DNA of 64,000 bases from Marsupella aquatica (lineage: Eukaryota; Plantae; Marchantiophyta): assembly GCA_973895155.1 (NCBI GenBank), contig OZ316891.1, positions 1,293,324 through 1,357,323 of the forward strand. Reading direction: 5' to 3'. The stretch's first letter is position 1. Every line of letters starts with the position of its first letter. Both the position numbers and the translations under genes were made by a program. Below, piece after piece: positions 1 through 9,331 of the stretch. Below the pieces are notes generated by a model that worked only from the letters and a program-made list of their open reading frames with translations, searched no databases and was not told the DNA's origin.

Positions 1-605
1 TTCACGGGTTTAAAGGGCTAAACCCAAGTACTATATCCTTTAAACTGATCTAAAACGATACCACTAACAAAAGCATGAGGTTCCAAACCCTATAACCTCC
101 CATATATTTAAAACAAAGAAAATCCAAGCGACACAAAGATGACCAGTTAGTTTAAATATACGCCATTGAGCTGGTATGAATTAGATCCAGCGTCTTTGGT
201 GATGGGCAGCATTGCTGCTGCTCAATGACGTCGGCCAATTAAAGCTTCAAGTGTATCTCGTTTGAAGAAAACTGTAACAGGATGGTCCAATGAACCCCTC
301 CACAAAGCATTTGGATTCGTGGTGAAAAGAGGTTTAAACTTCAGTTCACAAGATGGACTACATTAAAAGACCGACTCCTCGATCCACATACTGCGATTTG
401 CTGTCATGTCAAAGGAACGTAAGGGCAACGTTGCTCAGATCCCAAACCCCTCACCTCAAACACTATACATCGCTACAAATAAAAGTCTATATATTGGCAC
501 CTTGGGGGTCTGATCTGTGAAGAATTCATTTGAGCAGATGAGACTGCTACACGAATTAGACTCTGAAACGAGATAGGTGAACATGGATGGGTGCAAGAAA
601 CTTAC

Positions 606-1194
606 ATGCTCCTCCTTTGTCGTGGGACGGCTCATGGCGTCTTCCTTACCGTCTTTTGTGACAGATTTCTGGCTGTGATCTGCAACTGGCACGAAAATTA
701 AGAAATGTATTGAGTCTCTAGTTTGGCCTCAAAGCCTGCTGCACAAGAGAACGATAAAAACTCATGCTGACGGAGAGCCAAGACGAGAAATCCAAGAAAA
801 AGGCTACATAGAATGGAAACACAAGGGAAACTCAAACCATTCAGCGTGGAAGGCACACAAAGCAGAATTCCAAAGCAGGCAGTTGGGAGGAACACACGGG
901 AAAAAGCCAAGGCTAGTCAGAATGGAGAGAACACAGAGAAGAAACTGAAATAAAGTCGAAGTGGAAGGCCATGTAAAGGAGAAATTGAGATTGAACCCTG
1001 AACGAGATTATTGAGCCAGACAGTGAAGACAGGAAAAACCACATACGGGAGGCAAAGCTGCGGTACGCTGTCCAGGTGGATGTGGTAGGTGGTGAAGACA
1101 ATTCAGCACGCGAAAACAATGCAGAAGAAGCAACAGAGAAAGAGCGCTGCTGAAGGAGGCGAGCTCCAGCTCGTTCTCCGGCTGCCAAAGACAT
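606..1194 (-). CDS. Divergent paralog of the small mitochondrial-targeted protein at 14483-17056. Exon 1 1194-1047, exon 2 679-606; terminal exon unresolved, possibly degenerate
   Basis: Exon 1 (MSLAAGERAGARLLQQ...RSFAS) is 148 bp with a phase-1 GT donor, the same length and phase as exon 1 of the plus-strand paralog. Exon 2 ends ...KEEH|GTAAG like the paralog. No intact FVFVSLxGW transmembrane exon was found downstream. Confidence 0.6.
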
Positions 1195-1489
1195 TCCGCT
1201 CCGTCCCTCGTCTCTTCAGTGGACACGCAATTCTTCTGTTTGCGTGTCGTTGCTATGCCTACGAGTGCATAGGTCCTCCTCCTCAGCCCAAAATGCGAAA
1301 CCTCTCGAGTTTTTTTTCTGTTTGTATTTTTCACTGCTTCTCTACTGTAGACATAATGCGAAGTCAAGATTTGGTCATCCTCACAATTCTCCTCTACTGT
1401 TACTGAAATTAGTAAAACTGAACATCTCTTAGTTTTTAATGATGCAAATTCTCCCTTACTTTTACTTTACTTAGTGAAAATAAAGATTT

Positions 1490-1745
1490 CTTAGTCCCTC
1501 ACGTGTATTGGGTTCCTGGTACAAGAGCTTTATGGGGCATTAAATTGTGAAAAAAAATTCTCTGAGTGCAGTGTTTTCAGGTACTGTTACGAGAGCATTA
1601 TGGACAATATTGCCAAATCTAAAATTCTCTTAGTGAAGTGTTTTCAGGTACTGTTACCAAAGCATTATGGGGCATTATTAGATTGTTAAAAAAGAAATCT
1701 CTTACGCAAGTGAATTCAGGTCTTGTTATCAGAGCGATATGGGCA
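1490..1745. repeat. Degenerate ~70-bp tandem repeat, about 4 units
   Basis: Recurrent core ttcaggtactgttac..gagcattatgg(g)ca at roughly 70-bp spacing. Confidence 0.55.
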
Positions 1746-2135
1746 ATAATGGAGAGAAACGTGTTACTTGATGGGACCCCTAAGTGATCCAGACTGTTGA
1801 TTGACCTTGAATCAATGTATGGGCAATAATGACGAGATTTGCTTGATCAGACCCCAAAATGAAACATGTTACTTGATGGGACCCCTGAGTGATCCAGACG
1901 GTTGATTGACCTTGAATCAATGTATGGGCAATAATGGAGAGATTTGCTTGATCAGACCCCAAAATGAATCGTGTTACTTGATGGGACCCCTGAGTGATCA
2001 AGACGGTTGATTGACCTTGAATCAATGTATGGGCAATAATGGAGAGATTTGCTTGATCAGACCCCAAAATGAATCGTGTTACTTGATGGGACCCCTGAGT
2101 GATCAAGACGGTTGATTGACCTTGAATCAATGTAC
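1737..2135. repeat. 105-bp tandem minisatellite (~3.7 copies), followed by an inverted partial unit at 2142-2210
   Basis: ttgaccttgaatcaatgta recurs at 1801, 1906, 2011 and 2116. 2142-2210 is a diverged reverse complement of the unit. Confidence 0.9.
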
Positions 2136-2441
2136 CCAAAACTTCAGGGGTCCATCAAGTAATGCAATTCAATTAGGGGTCTGATCAACCAAATCCCTCA
2201 GGAATAATGCCAAGCAGAACTTTCCCTCTTGTGAGCTCTTTTTCTGGCACACAATGCCGTGTGAACAACAGTCCTATGTACTTATTGTTCTTAGTAATTT
2301 TTCTCTTTATAATATTCACTGCATCTACTAAGAAAAGGAGAAAATGCAGAGTCAAGATTTGTATCAGCCCATTACTAAACCTCTCCTATTTTACTGGTAA
2401 AGAGTAAAAATAATGAATTTCTTAGGCTGGAAGCATTATGG

Positions 2442-2785
2442 TGTTAGATATTGCTCTAGTCTTGTGACTCATGAGCTAACCACAGTTAGTCTAACTCGGG
2501 TTAGGACTTAGCTAATGTTAGCGGTTGTGCTGTTGTGTATATAGCCAGGGTTGATGCCAGACCCTGGTGGAACAAAGGCTCATTGTTACGGAGCTAGTTG
2601 AGAGATAGGGAGAGCTTGTGCTGTGGATGCTTGGTATGGCCGGTCGGCCTAGAGTGCAGTAAAGCTCTTGTGTGTTCCCGTGGACGTAACCTCATGTGGA
2701 GGTGAACCACGTATCTCTCTGTGTCGACTATTGTGCGTTGGATGGTTCATGGGCTTGCCGTTACGAATGTTGTCTATGCTCAACA
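2442..2785 (+). repeat. 5' LTR of the copia element
   Basis: TGTTAG...CTCAACA; about 6 substitutions relative to 13253-13596. Confidence 0.97.
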
Positions 2786-2787
2786 AG

Positions 2788-2799
2788 TGGTATCAGAGC
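2788..2799 (+). promoter_or_regulatory. Primer-binding site complementary to the 3' end of initiator tRNA-Met
   Basis: TGGTATCAGAGC two bases after the LTR end, the canonical plant copia PBS. Confidence 0.95.
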
Positions 2800-4355
2800 A
2801 TGCCTGGGAGGTGACGAGGTTTTTTCGTGACAGGTTTTTTCCAACGTTCATTGTCGATGGTACATTCGGAGTTTCATCGCATGAAACTCGAATGTGTGTG
2901 GCTATGCGGATAGGTTAGTGAGAGGGCTTTCTAACGGTGGTTAGAACTCGCTGATCGGTATCCGTGGTGCGGAGGAATCGAAGTTTGCGTCGTTCAGATT
3001 TTATTCGTGTTCGACGGTTTTTCGGGGGAGAGACCAGAGTTTGTGTTTTTCAACAGTGTGAGCTGTGCGGTGCGGGAGGCGTCGCATGTTGTAGCTCAAG
3101 TTGAAGGTTGAAGCGAGCTGGTCGTTTCGGTAGCTGGATTGCTGCCGAGTTATTACCGAGTGCGACGTGACGAGTGACGGAGGCGTTCAGGTTTTTTCAC
3201 AAGCTATGGAGCTTGTTCTCATCTGAACCGGGTTTCTCTTCGTGACGTCCGACTCGGTGGAAGAAACGCGAAGTGCTACGGCTCAACGGTTTGATCGCGG
3301 CGAAGCGGTCATTTTGAGTCCGGGATTGGCACTTGACGCGGAGTGAGTGTGACGCAGCGGAATTTTTTTTTCTCTGCTGGAGCTGCAGACTGTGTTGGTG
3401 CAATTCGCCAACATTTCTTGTCGGCGGCGTTCACTTTACTCGTGAGAAGCAGCGGCGTTCAAGGTGTGTAAACGGCTTTTTTGTTTTAAAGTCAAATCTT
3501 GGCTTAGGTTAGGGCCACTTTTGGTGTGTATACACACCCTCCCGGCCCTTGGTCCCCCATCGTTTCCCCTTGTACGCCCGACCCCCCCCGCGCACCTTGT
3601 TTTCCCCTCATCCTTTAGCCGCGGCGACGAGCTGCGCAACACCGGCCGGCGCTTTTTGCGCGCTCGTATGCCCTCCGCCATACTGTGTCGGTCGCTACCG
3701 TGGCACCGCCTTGTCATCGTATGCCCCAGCCCTTTGCGGCTCTACGCCGCTTGTACGCGGCTGTACCCTCATCCCGCCCCGACCCCGGCCATACGCCCTT
3801 CGTACCCCCGGCCCTTTACGGGGTATTTTAGGCTTTAAGGGGCTTAAGCACCCCCTTTAGTGCCCATTTTTAGCCTTTTTTCCCTCTCATTAGTTTGTCC
3901 CATGTGTCGGGACCTGCCGCCCTCCGTTTTAACCACTTGGACAGGGGGAACTGCCCCCTGTGAGACCTGCTGTACTGTGCGGGAATATTCCCGAAAAACA
4001 GAGAGCTGTTTTTTGGCCGTCCGACAAAGATTTCGTCCGCCAAACGGTAACTTTTTTGGTTCTTTTTCGGTGAGGACATTGCCACTGGAGTTAGCAACGC
4101 GGCGCACCGATCACATCGCGATTCCGACGACGGGTTGTACTGGGTATTTCGGTTATTCTCCGAGGTGGTCAAAATGGGGGAGTTTCCCAAGGTTTTACCC
4201 ACCCTGACCAAAATTTGAATAACTTTTCCGTCGAATTTTGATTTTGATTTTGGCTTTCAGTATTGGACTCCTAGCTTCGTGGGCTACGCGGTGGTGTTGA
4301 GTTTTGAGTTTTATGAGAAGTTTCCAAAAAAGACATTTTTTCGTGATTGTTTCAT

Positions 4356-4918
4356 ATGAGTGACTCGGAGGATACTGGAAGAATTGGCGTCAGTAGAGCT
4401 TCAGGATCGCGACGGTCAGACGGAGAGTCTGAGGAGGAGCTGCTACCGTTTGAGGAAGAACTAGTGACACCGATACGATCACCGGTGTGGCGTGCAGTGG
4501 AGGAAGCTGTGTTACTACCAGAGCTGTCGGTAGTAGGGAAGAAGAGGGAGATGGCTAGAATTGGAGGAGTAAAGTTTGAGGTGGAGAAGTATGATGGTCG
4601 TACTGATTACTTGCTCTGGGAGAAGCAAGTGAAGGGTGTCCTTCGGGCCATGGGCTTAGCTCATCTGCTCTCTTCGCGAGAGCAGTATGATGGAGAGGAG
4701 GAGATTTCTGTGAGATAGTGGAGACAGGAACAGGTGATTGCTGTCAACGCAGTGATGCTATATCTCAAGCCGCACATCATCCAGCAACTGGATGATTATG
4801 CGGATTGTGCATCACTATTCAAGGCTCTAAGAGAGAAGTACTACTGGGAAGATGCGTCATACCGGTTGTACAAGAAGATTCTCTTGATGAGCCTCAGGCT
4901 CAAGGAAGGGAGCAAGAT
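4356..4918 (+). pseudogene. Copia gag N-terminal part, interrupted by a stop and by the nested insertion
   Basis: KFEVEKYDGRTDYLLWEKQVKGVL gag motif; in-frame TAG at 4716-4718; reading continues LMSLRLKEGSK up to the AAGAT TSD. Confidence 0.9.
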
Positions 4919-7900
4919 TGTGACGGGGTCCCCATCACATAAAATCATGAATAACTTGGTCGCGGAGTGTCGCGCAGTGTAAATAACCATTGTAAATAAC
5001 CATTTTTTCAATTTTTTTTAAGTTAATTCTATCACCTGTGACCGAAGAACTGTATTTATTTTTATCCCCTAATTGTTCTGCAATTATGTTCGGAGGAGGG
5101 CCCTGCCTTTGGGGGACTCCCCATTATTTTAGGGCCATTTTTAGAGAACTCAATAGCAAGGTTGATGGGAAGAAGAAATAAAACAGGACCGGGAGCAAGG
5201 AAGTTTTTGAGTAGAGGTGACCCCGGCAGTGTGATTAGGGGGAAGTTTTTTTTCTGGGCAGCCGGAGCCGGGCTGGACAGGGAGGAGGCTGTTGCGAGCC
5301 CTGCATAGGGCCGCGTTCAGGAGAAGAAAGGGGGGGATTAAATCCCCCGTTTGAGGGGAGCCCCGCGAGCTGAAGGCAGCGAGGCGCCGAGGGTGGGGGA
5401 GAAATTAAAATTCCCCCTTAAGGGGCACCGCGAGTACCAAGTAGGGAGGCCGGTGCAGGAAGGTCGCGGAGGGGGGTTAAATACCCCTTAAGTGGCCTGG
5501 CAGAGGGCGAGCACTTAAGGGCCCATAAGGGGCAGCCCTAGGGCCGCCACGTGGAATCCCCAGGTAAGTGCTCCCGCGAGCAGGGCAAGGGCAGCCGGGC
5601 CGCAGCCGAGGAGTAAAGGGGGGGTATTAAAACCCTCCCATGAGCCCATAGGGCTGCGTGCCCAGGGCATTTAGGGCTCCCGCGAGCCAGGCGAAAGAGG
5701 GCGCTACGGGGGGTGGCCGTGAGGCGAAAGAGGGCTGTCGGGGGGAATTAAATCCCCCGTTTGAACCGCGAGTAGCCGAGCACTAAGTGCTCCCGCGAGT
5801 GGCGCAGGGGGGCATCGGGGCGAGAGCGCAGCCGGGACTCCCGCGAGAAAAGTGAGATGGCAGGTGGCCGGGGCGAGCCCATAGGGCTGCGTGCCCAGGG
5901 CATTTAGGGCTCCCGCGAGCCAGGCGAAAGAGGACACCGGGGAGGGCCATTAAAGGAGGGCCCGGGTCGCAAGGCGAAAGGAGGTGTCGGGGGGGATTTT
6001 TTGTTTTTTTTCCCTTCTTTTCTCCCTCTTTTGCACAACCCTCTCCTTGCCGAAAGCAAAACTCGAAGCTCTCTCCCAACACCTTGCCGAAAGCTCTCAC
6101 CTTCTAATTATTTTTGAAGCTCTCTCTCATGGTAGATTGGTGGGGCTTGGTGGCCTGATTCTTCCAGGCCTTAGCGGCAGCAGCACGGAGTGGCTTCTGG
6201 GGGAATTGAGAGTAATCGATTGATCGGGATGCGGGGGCTGTTTCGGGCCAGGGAATTGACATTGCTACGGGTGACGGGATTTGGTGATTGAGGATTTGAT
6301 TTCGGGATGCATGAATGCTAGATCAACCGGAGTTCAGTGTGGCACGCATTCGGAGATACAAGGCTGCTTACCGTGACTACGTGGAGACTTTGATTGCAAG
6401 GGAGAGAGAAGAGAGAGAAGCCACGATGAGCACGGGATTGGTAGCAGGTTCCACGCCGGTGGGTAGGAGGATTTTTCGTCGAATTTATCCCAAGACCTCC
6501 GCCAAGGTGATGGAGGATTGTCGGAATATTTTCCAAGCCACCGGGGTTACAGAATTCATGAAGGTGGAGATTACCATCCCCCCGGGGAAGAGCTGGGACA
6601 TTGAGGCCGGGATGGAGTTACGAACGGAGGGAATCTACTTTGAATGTCTCAAACGTGTAGTGCCCCATGTAGAGTTGGCTAGGCTGCTGTTTCTAGAGAA
6701 TCAGAAATTCTCATTCACACCTCGGCACATCAGGGGAGAACTCACGTTGAAGATGGTGGCCACTTGGGTGATTAATCCCACCTCCACCACTGCCATCCCT
6801 CTTTCCGCTGTCAAGGATGTTGAGTATAAGGGATTCCTGGCCAAGGTTCATCAACGGGTCCTTGCCAACGTGCAATCAGGGGTGGTGAATGAAGAGCATT
6901 TCGTGGTAGCTATGGACATCAAGAACCACCCAGCCCATGTGTACGGATGGTGGTACTACGGGTTGAAGAAGCTGTTGGCCGCTGACCTCGGGAGTGTGAA
7001 ACCAGGTGGGGCTGTACATTTGATGGGGTCATTTGTATTGGCCAGGGCAGAAGGGTTGATTGGTTCCCCGGGACAGGAAGACACGGAATCATCTCTCACC
7101 ACGGAGATCCGGAGTATTGCCACTACCGTTATAGGGAAGCTCACGGAGGAATCATCGTCGGCTGGTGGGGATGAAGATAGAGGAGAAGAAAACCAGGATG
7201 AGGACTACACATTGGAGTGGCTTGAATCACTCGTGGGAGATCCGGAAGAGCCTCTGGCCTACAACATTCTGGATGTTTACCTGGCAGAGCTACGGGATTT
7301 CAGAGAGGGAGTCCATGAGGGACTCAAGCTAGTCCACGCATTGAGAGAGTCTCTCAAGCACACCACAGCCAGAGTAGAGACGTTCGAGCAGAGTACCCTG
7401 TCTCTGAAGGAGGTGATCAAGGCCAAGGAGGAGACCATTCATGAGAAGGTTAAGTTTCTCCAAGCAGCTCACGTAGAGATCTCCAACTTGAAGGGAGCCT
7501 TGTCCACCAAGGCCAAGGAAGCAGAAGAGGTGGGAGCATTGAGACAAGCATTGGCCAAAGAGAAGCAGAATTCTGGAGAAGTGGTGGAGTGGAGAAACCA
7601 GGTGGGAGCACTACGGAGTCAGGTGGCCGCCTTTGAGACACGAGCAAAGAGGAGTGAGGCCTTGAGTCTGGGGAAACGGAAGAGCCCCGGCACTCCTAGC
7701 TCCACACTTTCTCCGGATTTGATCTCCCAGGCTATTGAGATGGTGGTGAAGGAGGTTAGTGGGAAGTATGGGCCCTTGTTGGATGGAGCCAAGAAGAGTC
7801 AGGAGAAGAGCAAGGGCTTGGAGAAGAAGCTCCGGGAGGTACGGAAATCATTACGGGAGGCTCAGGTCAATACAGGGATGCCACCCAGGTCTGTCACCCC

Positions 7901-9331
7901 CGGGACTCCCATGGCCACAGGGCAAGTTCTACCGTTGGAGTTGCGGTCCGGAGAAGAGGCTACCCTATGGAAGGACACCATTGGTGAGGGGTACATTAAA
8001 GCGTGGCAGGCCTTGGCCAATTTGAGAAAGCAGGGGAGCACTAGCACAAGGAGTACCACGGTAAAGAAGAAGAGAAGTGAAGTGGCACTCACTCCAGTGG
8101 AGAGTGATGAGGAGGCCCACTCACGGGGCTCAAGCCAGGGCACCGTGAGTGAAGAGGAGGAGGATTAGAGTGGTCGTACGGACGTGATTGTACGGCCCCT
8201 GGACTTTCCAACTTTTTGTGAGGGGTCACTCACGGGCTTGTTGGAAAGAGCTCGCGGAGCTGATTCCAACAAGAGGCGGCGCTCCTCAAACGGAGCCAGG
8301 ATGAGCAGGTTATGGCCCGACGAAGTTGTGTTTACGGGATACGGAAACGGCCATAACTTGGTTGTCCGATGTCGGTTTCGAGAGCGGTTGAGTGATTCGT
8401 GATCAGGAGGGGGAGAGCTATCCAGGGGTGAACTCAGAAGTGCAAGTGGAAGGGAAGCTAGTTTCGGCCATTGTGGGGTCCCTTGTTTTTTTTCGCGGTT
8501 CACGGAGCGATGTTGGGGCACCTTGAAGGCACCGTCGGCCCCATTGTTAGTTTAGGGTTTAGGGTTTTTAGACGCATGTGTGTGCCGCATGGTTTTAGTT
8601 TAGGGGTTTCTTAGTGAAGGGTTTAGCGGCGCCGCTAGGGTAAGCCGCCATCGTTGTGGCCCCGTGAGGGGTGCTTTGGTGTGTTTTTTGGTATTTAGGG
8701 GGAGAGCCCTAGAGTAGTAGGGGGGAACTCAGCGTAGTACTTGGATGCTTTGGAGTAGCTTTTGTGAGTAGCGCACCGATTAGGAGAAGTTCAAGCCAGA
8801 GTAGTGAGGTGGAAAACGTAGCACTTGTCCCCGGTGAGGCAGGAGTTGGGCAGACGGCAGGAGGCCGGGTTGTCCTTGCATGTGTTACGGGAAACACCAA
8901 GAGATATGGATTTGGCTTGAGGTTCCAATATTTTGTGTGTCACGTGTTGTTGCTTGTGTTGTTTGTTTTCCTCCCCTAGTGCGTGTGGTCGGTGTCGTTG
9001 TGGAAACATTTGCCCTTGTCACTAGTGTTCAAATCTTATTGTAAATGTTGGTATGCTTGCCCAAGAGAGGAGGGGGGTGGTGACAGCACTCACCCGGTGG
9101 GCATGAGTTGTAGATGGTAGGACCAGTCCCTTGGACTTGATCAAAAATGGAGAAACTAGTCGGTAGACTTGATCAAAAAGTACACTTCCTGGAGCGGAAT
9201 CAAACATACTCATCCTTAGGTGTGGAAATCCTCCAAATAGCGTCCCTCCACGACCCCGTAATACGATACCAACGGTTTAAGCAAGGAAAAGTACGATTTG
9301 CACGTATTAATCGTTGGATAGGCAAGTGACA
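4919..9331 (+). mobile_element. 4413-bp nested insertion (TGTGAC...GTGACA) with perfect 5-bp TSD; solo-LTR-like element encoding a 617-aa protein
   Basis: AAGAT at 4914-4918 and 9332-9336. Removing the insert rejoins copia gag (LKEGSK-MQDHLDEFDSLAVDLSNLG). TG...CA ends, no terminal direct repeats. Second copy starts at 31541. Confidence 0.9.
6315..8168 (+). CDS. Uncharacterised element-encoded protein: N-terminal globular region, acidic linker, long predicted coiled coil, basic/acidic tail
   Basis: Intact 617-aa ORF. The homolog at 32825-34687 is also intact, with many synonymous differences. Heptad-like E/K/L/A-rich region at aa ~325-520. Confidence 0.85.
   Translation: MLDQPEFSVARIRRYKAAYRDYVETLIAREREEREATMSTGLVAGSTPVGRRIFRRIYPKTSAKVMEDCRNIFQATGVTEFMKVEITIPPGKSWDIEAGMELRTEGIYFECLKRVVPHVELARLLFLENQKFSFTPRHIRGELTLKMVATWVINPTSTTAIPLSAVKDVEYKGFLAKVHQRVLANVQSGVVNEEHFVVAMDIKNHPAHVYGWWYYGLKKLLAADLGSVKPGGAVHLMGSFVLARAEGLIGSPGQEDTESSLTTEIRSIATTVIGKLTEESSSAGGDEDRGEENQDEDYTLEWLESLVGDPEEPLAYNILDVYLAELRDFREGVHEGLKLVHALRESLKHTTARVETFEQSTLSLKEVIKAKEETIHEKVKFLQAAHVEISNLKGALSTKAKEAEEVGALRQALAKEKQNSGEVVEWRNQVGALRSQVAAFETRAKRSEALSLGKRKSPGTPSSTLSPDLISQAIEMVVKEVSGKYGPLLDGAKKSQEKSKGLEKKLREVRKSLREAQVNTGMPPRSVTPGTPMATGQVLPLELRSGEEATLWKDTIGEGYIKAWQALANLRKQGSTSTRSTTVKKKRSEVALTPVESDEEAHSRGSSQGTVSEEEED

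Noticed and set aside
1780-2139. 119-aa repetitive ORF
   Set aside because: It is the translation of a 105-bp tandem repeat, has no ATG start and shows no gene context.
8305-8360. Hammerhead-like core (CCGACGA...GAAAC) in the conserved 3' segment of the element
   Set aside because: The core deviates from CUGANGA and I could not build a three-stem junction with a UH cleavage site.
8165-8521. 118-aa antisense ORF present in both element copies
   Set aside because: It starts at GTG, and its preservation follows trivially from the near-identical DNA. There is no independent coding signal.
8551-8565. TTTAGGG telomere-type repeats
   Set aside because: Only two units, inside a mobile element; this is not an interstitial telomere array.
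9048-9331. PPT-like purine run (9064-9077) followed by TGGTGAC, suggesting a short 3' LTR
   Set aside because: The downstream 250 bp do not match the element's 5' end beyond a few bases, so a two-LTR structure is not supported.
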